In this document: in pieces, positions 38,253 through 47,032 of the stretch
Layout: each line of letters starts with the position of its first letter
Numbering within the stretch: the first letter of the stretch is position 1
NCBI GenBank assembly: GCA_035623825.1
Contig: DASPSR010000042.1
Span: 11,669 to 75,668 of the forward strand
DNA from: Nitrospirota bacterium
GTDB taxonomy: Bacteria; Nitrospirota; UBA9217
DNA length: 64,000 nucleotides
Reading direction: 5' to 3'
Notes under the pieces: model-generated
What the model saw: the letters and a program-made list of their open reading frames with translations, nothing else
Told to the model about the DNA's origin: nothing
Databases searched by the model: none
Position numbers and translations under genes: made by a program

Positions 38253-40187
38253 TTAGGGCCGTTCTGCCTCGCTTCCGAATCCACCCGGGTATGCGCCATT
38301 CCAGAGCGGCCCGTTTGGAAGAAGATATGCCTTGGCTCCCTGGCACCAGGCGGGCGGTGTGCCGCCGCTGCACGCGGTGCTGAGAGTCGCACCGACCGAA
38401 TAGTTCATTATCCCGTCATCGAGCCAGTCGAGAGAGTCGTAGATCAATCTTTTCGCAAACCTGCTGTTATGCACATAGGCGCCCCATTCATGAGTGAGGA
38501 GGCTGAAGTTAAACGCGGCACCCAGATTGTTTTTGCCGGTCGTGTTGCCCGTTATATCCGCATCACCGGCGGAAAGCCAGTTTTTGTTGGCGAAATACGG
38601 ATAATTGGTGGTGAATGTATAACCGGATATAATGAGCTCTGCTTGGAGTGCCTGCAAGGCAGAATCGAAGTTGTTCTTTTCGTCCTGCACTACCGTACCA
38701 AAATCTATGCTGGAACCGGCATGGCAGGCAAAACAAACCGCGCTCGATACAACGATGTTCCCCATATTCGTACTGATTGGCTCAAAGAGATGGTTGCCAC
38801 TCATGCCCGTCCGGTCCATATGGCATCCGACGCAAGGGCCGTTCGAGCCGGTGTTCGGGGCATTTGGCGTGCCGATCTGATTGTGCTTGAACGAAGCGGG
38901 GTCAGCATAGTTCCTCCCGGCATATACGTACGGCGTGCCCTTGAACATCGTTCCGCCTGCGGAGAGGTAGTGTCCGTCAGGGAAACTGAAATTGCTGAAA
39001 TTCACGGTTGCTGTCTGTCCGGTATTCAAATCGCTGACCGCCGTGCCGTTTACGCGCCCCGTGTGGCAGGGAATACAGACATTCGAGATGGATAGATCAG
39101 GGTACTGGAAATATGCTGTAGAGCTCGGGGCGGAGCCGATCGTATACGTTGCCTTATAGGCTCCCGGATTCCTGAGGTCACCCGCATTGTCTGTGTGACA
39201 GCCTCTGCACTCGAGCATTTCGGGCTTGAAGTTCAAAGCAGAGGGTACAAGCGCTATGCCGCCGGCTACAATGGTTGCGGCCAATGATTGGTTTCCCGCC
39301 TGAAGCGCATCGGCATACGTCGCAAAACCGGTTGTCGTATGACAGCGCTGACAGGCGGTCCTGCTCGCCAGCGACCAGTCGTAATGAGCCCAGGCATCTG
39401 CCGCAAGCATATCCGCATGCTTCGAACTGGCCCAATCTCTGTTGATGTCGGCATTCTTATGCGGATTGTGGCAGTCGGTACAGACGGTATCGCTCGCAAA
39501 ATTCATGGCATAACCGGTAATATTATTGCTATTTTGACTAGTTCCTGACGCCCCCCAGTTGCCGGGGGTGGCAAAGTGCGTGTCAGTGATAACGTATTGA
39601 GTTCCATTGGGGGCAGGTGCCCCTGCTAAATGGGTCGGCGAAGCATTAAGAGCTCCTGTTGAGGTATCGAGCAGATTATGACAAGCCGTGCACATGACGA
39701 ATTGTCCAGAGACCGCTACGGCGCCGAAGCTTGTCCCCGTCGTGTTCGAAAGGAGGGATATCGGCCCGGCCCCGCCGGCATCTGCATGCAGGCTCCCGGG
39801 ACCGTGGCAAGCCTCGCAGCCGACCACCGGACGAGGAACATTCCCCGTGTATCCTGCTGTGAGATTGTTGCTGTCCCCGTCAGGGTCATGACAACTGATG
39901 CAGCCTGAGCCGCCTGCCTGGACAAGACCCACTGTCGGAACGCCTGCACTGTACAGGTTACCTGCAGGATCGAGATTCCCGTGTTTGCTCATAAGCCAGT
40001 CGGCTGTTTCGGTGGTATGACATCCTGCGCACCTATTCAGTCCTGCAGTCGTAGTCGCTGCAGAAAGAACGCTTGAAGTCGCCGGCCCGATAGCCGAATC
40101 GGACTTGCCGCAACCTCCGAGCATGGCGATACATGCAAGCATGAAAAGAAAAACGAGGACTGTTCTGCTTCCCTTCTTTGTATTCAT
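38253..40187 (-). CDS. Outer-membrane lipoprotein decahaem c-type cytochrome (functional analogue of MtrC/OmcA)
   Basis: Lipobox MLGGCGKS. Ten CxxCH motifs (CAGCH, CISCH, CEACH, CTACH, CTDCH, CQRCH, CRGCH, CIPCH, CVGCH, CFACH). 644 aa. Confidence 0.8.
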   Translation of the reverse strand: MNTKKGSRTVLVFLFMLACIAMLGGCGKSDSAIGPATSSVLSAATTTAGLNRCAGCHTTETADWLMSKHGNLDPAGNLYSAGVPTVGLVQAGGSGCISCHDPDGDSNNLTAGYTGNVPRPVVGCEACHGPGSLHADAGGAGPISLLSNTTGTSFGAVAVSGQFVMCTACHNLLDTSTGALNASPTHLAGAPAPNGTQYVITDTHFATPGNWGASGTSQNSNNITGYAMNFASDTVCTDCHNPHKNADINRDWASSKHADMLAADAWAHYDWSLASRTACQRCHTTTGFATYADALQAGNQSLAATIVAGGIALVPSALNFKPEMLECRGCHTDNAGDLRNPGAYKATYTIGSAPSSTAYFQYPDLSISNVCIPCHTGRVNGTAVSDLNTGQTATVNFSNFSFPDGHYLSAGGTMFKGTPYVYAGRNYADPASFKHNQIGTPNAPNTGSNGPCVGCHMDRTGMSGNHLFEPISTNMGNIVVSSAVCFACHAGSSIDFGTVVQDEKNNFDSALQALQAELIISGYTFTTNYPYFANKNWLSAGDADITGNTTGKNNLGAAFNFSLLTHEWGAYVHNSRFAKRLIYDSLDWLDDGIMNYSVGATLSTACSGGTPPAWCQGAKAYLLPNGPLWNGAYPGGFGSEAERP

Positions 40188-40292
40188 GGTTCATACCTCC
40201 CCTAATGGCTTCACCTGCTGAACCCGGGTTGCTGAATGAAAGCTCATCACTTTACTCTCCTATTCCGAATTCAGCATGTTTATATCGGCGAT

Positions 40293-40955
40293 CTACGCCC
40301 CTACCGCTTTGTGCAAGTCCAGCAGGATGTAGAGCCTGTCGTCTTTTCGCGCTATCCCCTTTAGGAACTCTGCACCTTGTTCGATGGTCTCCGGTGCAGG
40401 ACGGACGGCGTCCGGTGAGATCCGTACCACCCCGGTCACCTGATCCACGAGAATTCCCGCGTTCTCGTCATCTGGGCTTATAATGATAATCCGCGCCTTC
40501 TCGTCCCTCACGGCGGGCGGAAGGCCTAGCCGCCTTCCGAGATCCAGTACTGGCAGGACCGTTCCCCGGATCGATGTCACCCCGATGACATGTGACGGTG
40601 AATTGGGGACCATGGTGAGCTCCCTGCTTTTCAGCACTTCCTGTACATCATCTACGGGCAGGACATACTCTTCACTGCCGAGGCGGAACGAGAGCATCTC
40701 GATCTCCTGTGTGTGAATTCCACTTGCCACTCCTTCTTCAGGCTCCGGCGTGTCCCTTCTTCCGATTTCTTCCACTGCGGCGTGTTTGGCCGCTTCCGGT
40801 TGTTTCCCGACAGCTGGAGATGACGGCACAGGGCTCGCGCTGCCAGAGGGCTTTTCCGTCTGGGCAGGTTGAGCAGGGGCCGTTTCTTCGGTCTCGAGTT
40901 TGTTTTGTGTGCGTGTCCACTCCGCTGCCTTTTTCCGCGCTGCCAAGATATCCAT
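40293..40955 (-). CDS. CheW-like protein with a ~90-aa low-complexity, Pro/Ala/Glu-rich N-terminal extension
   Basis: C-terminal CheW domain (LSFRLGSEEYVLPVDDVQEVLK...SIRGTVLPVLDLGRRLG). Confidence 0.8.
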   Translation of the reverse strand: MDILAARKKAAEWTRTQNKLETEETAPAQPAQTEKPSGSASPVPSSPAVGKQPEAAKHAAVEEIGRRDTPEPEEGVASGIHTQEIEMLSFRLGSEEYVLPVDDVQEVLKSRELTMVPNSPSHVIGVTSIRGTVLPVLDLGRRLGLPPAVRDEKARIIIISPDDENAGILVDQVTGVVRISPDAVRPAPETIEQGAEFLKGIARKDDRLYILLDLHKAVGA

Positions 40956-40984
40956 AGGTCGCTAACGCTCCTACCGAAAAAAAC

Positions 40985-41866
40985 TTACAGAGAGCAGAGG
41001 ACATGGGACATATGGGAAACCATGGCCCCTCTTCTCTTTGCCTCATGCCGAATGCCCTTTCCGTCCTTCGCCCGCCCTTCTCTCACTATGCTCTCGATGA
41101 TCTCCTGGTCTATTATCTTGAGGCCCTTGCCGAAACCTTCAACGAGCGCATTGCCCGCAATGGTGTTGATAATGCGCGGAACGCCTCCTGAACGCTCGAA
41201 CAAAGCCGTGTTCGCTTCTTCATCAAAGAGCAGCGTTTCCCTCCCCGCTACCCGGAGCCGGTGCTTCACGTACTCTCGTGTCTCGTCCTCGTCAAGCGGG
41301 CCCAGGTGATACTGCATTCCGATCCTCTGCCGAAGCGCCCTGTACTGGCGTCGGTCGAGCCGCTCCCCGAGCTCTGTCTGGCCGATAAGCAGGATCGCGA
41401 GAAGGTTGCGGTCATCGAGCTGGAAATTCGTAAGCAACCGCAGTTCCTCGAACGTGGCCTTGCCGGAGATAAGCTGCGCTTCGTCAATGATGACCACCGG
41501 TCGCTTCCCGGCCTCGAAGAACTCATACAGCTTTGCATTGATTCCCTCAATGATGCTGTGGCAATCCCGGCTCGAGCACTCCATCTCGAGGCCGAGGGCC
41601 ACGGTTCTCAGAAGATGTAGCGGCGAAAGCCGCGGGTTGATTATCAGCATCGGATGAAAGCTCCCGTCCAGCGAATCGATGAGCGCACGGGAAATCATCG
41701 TCTTGCCCGTACCGATATCGCCGGTCAACAGGGCAATGTCCTGGTCCTCTGCCGCAAGCTGTAGCCGGGCGAGGGCCTCGGCATGCTTGGCGCTCTGGTA
41801 GAAAAAACGCGGGTCAGGCGTCTTTTTGAACGGCTTTTCGCTCAGTCCGTAAAATTCTTCATACAT
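40985..41866 (-). CDS. ExeA/GspA/MshM-like AAA ATPase (AAA_22)
   Basis: Walker A GDIGTGKT and Walker B VVIIDEAQ. The N-terminus YGLSEKPFKKTPDPRFFYQS is typical of the ExeA family. Confidence 0.7.
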   Translation of the reverse strand: MYEEFYGLSEKPFKKTPDPRFFYQSAKHAEALARLQLAAEDQDIALLTGDIGTGKTMISRALIDSLDGSFHPMLIINPRLSPLHLLRTVALGLEMECSSRDCHSIIEGINAKLYEFFEAGKRPVVIIDEAQLISGKATFEELRLLTNFQLDDRNLLAILLIGQTELGERLDRRQYRALRQRIGMQYHLGPLDEDETREYVKHRLRVAGRETLLFDEEANTALFERSGGVPRIINTIAGNALVEGFGKGLKIIDQEIIESIVREGRAKDGKGIRHEAKRRGAMVSHMSHVLCSL

Positions 41867-41998
41867 AATTTAAGTCCCCGGGCCAGACGACAGGTACTAG
41901 ATTGAAGCTTTTCTTTTTGCCCGCTTATTCTGTCTGAAGTCCATTATCTGTTATCTGCCCTCGTTCCTTATTCCCCCGTCTTTGCCTCCGCCCGTGGT

Positions 41999-44008
41999 CT
42001 ACTGTCTGCTGACAACGACCGATCTTTTGAGAGCCCCTTCGATGAGTGATTCAACATCCAGCACGAGCACAACGCCGCGTCTGTCTCCCAGCTCCGTGGC
42101 GCCAGCAATGCCCGGTATCTCCGATATCCGCTTTCCAAGAGGCTTGATGACGATCTCCTGCTGGTCCCGGAGACCGTCAACCATGATCCCCAAGCGGCGC
42201 TCTGCGAGACCCACGAGGATGAGGTAGAATGAGTTGCTGCTGGGCTTCGGGGTCAGTTTGAACGCCTTCGTAAGCCGATAGAGCGGTATCGTGTCGCCAC
42301 GGATGGCCATCACCTCGCGTGTCTCCACGGTCTCTACCTGGTCATGCGTCGCCTGAATGATCTCGAGCACGGCGCTGAGAGGCACGGCAAACACCTCTCC
42401 GCCGGCCTCCACTACGAGTGCCTTGATGATGGCAAGGGTTATGGGAAGCGTGATGATGAATTTCGTTCCCATACCCGTCTCGGTATCGATATCAATCATA
42501 CCGGACAGCTTGGAGACATTCCGTTTCACCACGTCCAAACCCACACCACGGCCCGAGATTTCGGTTACGGTCTCGCGGGTGGTGAAGCCGGGAAGGAAAA
42601 TGATATCCAGAATCTCTTTGCGGTCGGTCTCAGGATCAAGGCCATGGTCCGAGGGGAGAACCGCTTTCTGCACTGCCTTGGCCAGGATATTCTTCGTTTC
42701 TATCCCCGCTCCGTCGTCTTCGACGGTGATCACCACATGGTTGCCCTTGGGGAATGCCGCGAGCTTTACCACACCGTGTTCCGGCTTTCCCTGCTGTTTC
42801 CGTATTTCGGGGAGTTCGATGCCGTGGTCAATGGCATTCCTTATGAGGTGCATGAGCGGGTCGGCAAGGTCCTCGATCATAAGCTTGTCGAGTTCGGTCT
42901 CTTCTCCCGAAAGATGGAGATCGATCTCCTTTCCCACTTCTTTCGCGTACTTTCTGACCATCTGTGAAAGGCGCGTAAAAATCTGGCCGATTGGAACCAT
43001 TCTAACCTCAAGGATCCCCTCCTGGAGGTCGTTCAGCTTCCTCTCCAGGCTGCGCTGCGCCTTGTGCAGATCCACGGAAAGTCCTGCGAATCCGTGCATG
43101 GATCTCAACTCACGCGCGATGCGACCGATGATGTTCTTGGTGAGGTGCATCTCACCGACTACGTTCATAAGGCCGTCAAGCTTGTAGATATCCACGCGGA
43201 CAGTATTGCTCACCGACTTGATCGCACCCGTTTCCGATACCGCCCGTTGCTCTTCCACCTTCCGCCCCTCGACGTACGTTATCGGGTCGAAGGACACCTT
43301 TGGCATATTGATCGCCGACATGAGCTCGTCACGTCCCATTGCGGTGCCGGCCACAATGGTAAATCCGATGCCGCCTGCGGCCGCGCCGGCCGTGGGCAGG
43401 GTGCAGATAATTTCAGCGTTCTTTTTGAGCACATCATTGAGGTTCTTGATGCCTTTTTCGAAATCGGTAAGCTCGAACAACGCCTTAATGGTGAAAAGGT
43501 TTTTGTGCTCCCTGATATTTTCCTTGAGTCGGTATTCTTCGTATTCCGTAAGGACTTGGAGGAGCCCGCGGTCAATTTCTATCTGATCCAGGATAGACCG
43601 GTCAGCGGCTGTGGAAGGCTTGGCTTTGAGGATTCCGTCGATGCGGTCAAGCGCGGCCGCTATGTCTTCCGGCTGCTCCTTGTTGCCCACTTGCTGCACA
43701 TGCCGTCCGAGCAGGGCCACGGTCTCGAATAGCACATCGAGGACGTCCCGGCTGAGCGCTGTTTTCCCGAGACGGACCTCGTCGAGGAGGAACTCCAGTT
43801 TGTGTGAGAGCTCTGAGGGGGCCTTGAGCCCGAACATCCCGGCGAGTCCCTTGAAGGAATGGATTGCGCGAAAAAGGCCGTTCACCAGATCCGGAGCCGA
43901 GCGCCCTGCGGCCTGTTCGGACTCAAGCGAGAGCATCGTCTGGTTGGCCGTTTCGAGAATGTCTTCCGCCTCGGCTAGAAAATCCTTTATAGAACGGTCT
44001 GATTTCAA
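41999..44008 (-). CDS. cheA: Chemotaxis histidine kinase CheA
   Basis: Hpt domain (HSFKG), dimerisation domain, HATPase_c (GRGVGLDVV) and a C-terminal CheW-like domain. 669 aa. Confidence 0.9.
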   Translation of the reverse strand: MKSDRSIKDFLAEAEDILETANQTMLSLESEQAAGRSAPDLVNGLFRAIHSFKGLAGMFGLKAPSELSHKLEFLLDEVRLGKTALSRDVLDVLFETVALLGRHVQQVGNKEQPEDIAAALDRIDGILKAKPSTAADRSILDQIEIDRGLLQVLTEYEEYRLKENIREHKNLFTIKALFELTDFEKGIKNLNDVLKKNAEIICTLPTAGAAAGGIGFTIVAGTAMGRDELMSAINMPKVSFDPITYVEGRKVEEQRAVSETGAIKSVSNTVRVDIYKLDGLMNVVGEMHLTKNIIGRIARELRSMHGFAGLSVDLHKAQRSLERKLNDLQEGILEVRMVPIGQIFTRLSQMVRKYAKEVGKEIDLHLSGEETELDKLMIEDLADPLMHLIRNAIDHGIELPEIRKQQGKPEHGVVKLAAFPKGNHVVITVEDDGAGIETKNILAKAVQKAVLPSDHGLDPETDRKEILDIIFLPGFTTRETVTEISGRGVGLDVVKRNVSKLSGMIDIDTETGMGTKFIITLPITLAIIKALVVEAGGEVFAVPLSAVLEIIQATHDQVETVETREVMAIRGDTIPLYRLTKAFKLTPKPSSNSFYLILVGLAERRLGIMVDGLRDQQEIVIKPLGKRISEIPGIAGATELGDRRGVVLVLDVESLIEGALKRSVVVSRQ

Positions 44009-44099
44009 TCGTCGCTACGCTCCATTGAAAAATGTAAAAAGAATATTAATATTTTGATTTCTGATCTTTACTATATAACCCGGCACGCAACGCCGCCGT

Positions 44100-44471
44100 C
44101 TATTCACCCTCCAACGCCTTGTTCACTGCAGCCATTAGATCTTCCTTCTTGAAAGGTTTAACTACATATCCGGTAGCCCCGAGCGCTATGCCCCTTTTTT
44201 GGTCTTCCTCGCTCTTTTCGGTGCTCACGATGATTAGGGGAATGTCCTTATAAGCGGCATTCGACTTTACAAAGCTGATCAACTCAAGGCCGTTGATGTC
44301 GGGCATATTGATGTCAGTGATTATCAGGTTGAAGCGTCGTGTGGGAAGGGTTTTGAGGGCTTCAAAGCCGTTCCCGGCTTCCACCGCAAAGAACTCTCCC
44401 ATTTCCTCGAGAGAGACCCGCATCATCGAGCGTATGGCCTTGGAATCCTCCACGATAAGGACGTTCTTCAT
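44100..44471 (-). CDS. cheY: Chemotaxis response regulator CheY
   Basis: 123-aa REC domain with DINMPDING and KPF. Confidence 0.9.
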   Translation of the reverse strand: MKNVLIVEDSKAIRSMMRVSLEEMGEFFAVEAGNGFEALKTLPTRRFNLIITDINMPDINGLELISFVKSNAAYKDIPLIIVSTEKSEEDQKRGIALGATGYVVKPFKKEDLMAAVNKALEGE

Positions 44472-44599
44472 TTTCGCTCCTTCTGAAGGTCGGCAGGTCT
44501 CTTTTCCAGCAGGCCCTTTTCCAAGACCATCCCCGCCTGATTGATGAATATCTCGAGAGTATCCACGCCTTTGATCGGTTTCTGATCGGGCAAGTTGTC
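44290..44599. repeat. Copy 1 of a ~310-bp diverged direct repeat (~93% identity) covering the cheY 5' end plus a DUF4388-gene 3'-end remnant
   Basis: Aligned by eye to 45016-45326. There are about 20 substitutions plus a 1-bp indel. The remnant still reads in frame as ...FINQAGMVLEKGLLEKRPADLQKERK-stop, overlapping the cheY ATG. Confidence 0.8.
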
Positions 44600-45015
44600 T
44601 CCCTATGCGTTATCAACGCCCAAGATTCTCTTCATTTTGTTCCAAGCGCTATTACTGTTTTTTTATCGCATCCTTATGAATCCATCCTATGCTCGACTTG
44701 CAATATTTATACTAAATTTATATTTTAAAATATGTCAATAAATCAATTTGTTACAGCGCGTGAAACGCTTTCCCCAGTGTTGGAAAATACTACACTGATG
44801 GAATCTTAACGGACAAAATTTGACAGAGCAGTCTTGGCTCTTTAAAAATCTCGGGGCGCTTTTCGAGAGAACAGCGGCTCCCGGTTGAGCTTGGCTAAAC
44901 TGGGTTCAGATATTTCTTGGAAGAGCAGGGAAACAGCTTCGTATTCAATCGCGATCACTTGGTGACGGTGTACGTCGTATGCGACGGAACAGGCGTTACA
45001 AAGCTGATTGGAAAA

Positions 45016-45194
45016 AGCCGTTGATGTCGGGCATATTGATGTCAGTGATGATCAGGTTGAAGCGGTTTGCGGGAAGAGTTTTGAGGGCTTCAAAGCCGTT
45101 CCCGGCTTCCACCGCAAAGAACTCTCCCGTTTCCTCGAGAGAGACCCGCATCATCGAGCGTATGGCCTCGAATCCTCCACGATAAAGACGTTCT
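45016..45194 (-). pseudogene. cheY N-terminal fragment, about 60 codons, frameshifted and truncated
   Basis: It begins MKNVFIVEDS... with the same ATGA overlap to the DUF4388 gene as the intact pair. A 1-bp deletion relative to intact cheY sits at about 45160. Sequence then diverges into the AT-rich spacer. Confidence 0.7.
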
Positions 45195-45326
45195 TCATTT
45201 TCGCTCCTTCTGGAGGTCGGCAAGTCTCTTTTCCAGCAGGGCCTTTTCCAGGGCCATCCCTGCCTGGTTCATGAATATCTCGAGAGTATCCACGCCTTTG
45301 ATCGGTTTCTGATTAGGCAAGTTGTC
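45016..45326. repeat. Copy 2 of the direct repeat, covering the true 3' end of the DUF4388-GAF gene plus a truncated, frameshifted cheY 5' fragment
   Basis: As copy 1. The two copies are separated by 416 bp of ORF-free, AT-rich sequence (44600-45015). Confidence 0.8.
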
Positions 45327-46340
45327 ACCATATACAACCAGCGCTATCTTTCCGTCCACAATCAGCGGTATTGCGAGTACCATATCGGGCTTGACCCCGC
45401 CGAGCTCATTGACGAGGTAGTTGTTGCTCTCATTCGATGCAAGCTGACCGAGAAAACTTCGTCGGTTTTCGATCACCGTAAGGAACAGCGACGGTTGATT
45501 GAGCGGGATTTTGATATTGCGGACGACCTGGTCGGCGGACATGTTCTTGAGGTCTATCCCGAACTGGCCGAGACCTCGAACCTCGTCCTTCTTCACCATG
45601 AACAAGATAGCACGGTTGACAACCTCGCTCGCATACCGCAGGATGAGGAGCGTCACCTCTGCCGTTGCTGTGGGGAACCTTAGTTCGTCGAACATGGACT
45701 TGAGCACAGTGATCTCTCTGCGCGGTACTTCTGTCTCTATGCGGGTGAGGAACTCTTCTTTGGCCGGTTCGTAGCTGACGCGGTGAGTGGCCGGAGCTTT
45801 TGATGACGGGGCGGCTGTCTTGTGCATGCCTTTCCGCTTCTCATCGAGGATCCGCGTTCCCTCCATGAGGAGATACTCGGCACTGATGCCGGACTTGAGC
45901 AGGAACTCCTGGGTGTCTATCTCGAAATTGTCCTTTGAGGCTATATCTCCGAGCTCGAAGTTGAAAAAGCCCTCTTCCCACGCAAGCAGATCATAGATGA
46001 TCTCCTCAATCTGTTTACGGACGACGGTCTCGAGCGTTTGTGCGGGCACGACCCCCATCTCCACGAGGATCATGCCGAGTGGCTTGTCGACTTTCTCCTT
46101 TTGCAGCGCCAGCGCCTGGGACAGCGCCGTTTCGGTCAGCATTCCCTGCGAGACAAGGATATTTCCAAGGGAATCGCGGATACTGTCACTAGCGGCCTGA
46201 ATTACCTGGCCGCCCTTGAATACGACCATCCCTGTTCCCTTGCGGCTACGCACAAGGAGGGTGCCGGTTTTCTTACTCAGACTAATGATCTGGAAGATAT
46301 CGGGTAAAGCAAGATCTTCCAGCCTGCCAACAAGGCTCAT
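45195..46340 (-). CDS. DUF4388 (PATAN-like) N-terminal domain protein with a C-terminal GAF-like domain
   Basis: N-terminal LEDLALPDIFQIISLSKKTGTLLV matches the DUF4388 signature. 381 aa. Confidence 0.6.
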   Translation of the reverse strand: MSLVGRLEDLALPDIFQIISLSKKTGTLLVRSRKGTGMVVFKGGQVIQAASDSIRDSLGNILVSQGMLTETALSQALALQKEKVDKPLGMILVEMGVVPAQTLETVVRKQIEEIIYDLLAWEEGFFNFELGDIASKDNFEIDTQEFLLKSGISAEYLLMEGTRILDEKRKGMHKTAAPSSKAPATHRVSYEPAKEEFLTRIETEVPRREITVLKSMFDELRFPTATAEVTLLILRYASEVVNRAILFMVKKDEVRGLGQFGIDLKNMSADQVVRNIKIPLNQPSLFLTVIENRRSFLGQLASNESNNYLVNELGGVKPDMVLAIPLIVDGKIALVVYGDNLPNQKPIKGVDTLEIFMNQAGMALEKALLEKRLADLQKERK

Positions 46341-46424
46341 GCACTCTCCCTGTTACTCATTTTCAACAAATTATATCAACTTGAAAAAAAGAAGCAAGTT
46401 TAATCATCGGTCAGGTAGACAGGA

Positions 46425-46460
46425 GCTTCCGCTCAAAAAAACCGGAATGCAGATATGAAC
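46425..46460 (-). terminator. Weak hairpin plus U7, a possible terminator after yajQ
   Basis: Minus transcript reads CCGGA...UCCGG followed by UUUUUUUGAGC. The stem is short. Confidence 0.3.
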
Positions 46461-46462
46461 TC

Positions 46463-46960
46463 CTATGTGCTCCGGTAATTCGTAAACTGAAGCTCAAGGC
46501 CAAACTCTTTTTCTTTTAGGAGCTGAATGACAGCCTGGAGGTCGTCCCGGTTCTTGCCGGATACCCTGACCTGGTCTGCCTGGATCGACGCCTGGACCTT
46601 GACCTTGGAATCCTTGATAGCTTTCACGATCTCCTTGGCCTTATCCGTCGGAATCCCCTGCTGGAGCTTCGCATGTTGCCGTACGGCGCCACCCTGAGCA
46701 GGCTCCACTTTGCCGAAGGAAATATTCTTGATCGGCACTCTACGCTTGACGAGCTTGCCCTCAAGAATATCGACCACGCTCTTGAGCTTGTACTCGTCAT
46801 CGGAAACGATTACAAGCGCATCCTTCTCCTGCGTAATGTTTGATTTGCTTCCTTTGAAATCGAACCGCTGGCTGATCTCCTTTAGAGCCTGGCTCACCGC
46901 GTTCGTTACCTCGGCCATATCAATTTTCGAAACAACATCGAATGAGTTTTCCGCCGCCAT
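46463..46960 (-). CDS. yajQ: YajQ-family (UPF0234) nucleotide/cyclic-di-GMP-binding protein
   Basis: 165 aa, collinear with the YajQ family (MPSFDIVSEVD-like N-terminus; here [11 protein letters not shown]). Confidence 0.8.
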   Translation of the reverse strand: MAAENSFDVVSKIDMAEVTNAVSQALKEISQRFDFKGSKSNITQEKDALVIVSDDEYKLKSVVDILEGKLVKRRVPIKNISFGKVEPAQGGAVRQHAKLQQGIPTDKAKEIVKAIKDSKVKVQASIQADQVRVSGKNRDDLQAVIQLLKEKEFGLELQFTNYRST

Positions 46961-47032
46961 GAGTCCTCCTTAGTAAAGCAGAAGTCCGTCTGAAGTTTCA
47001 TTAGTCGATCCTCTATTTGCTGTGTCCTGAGG

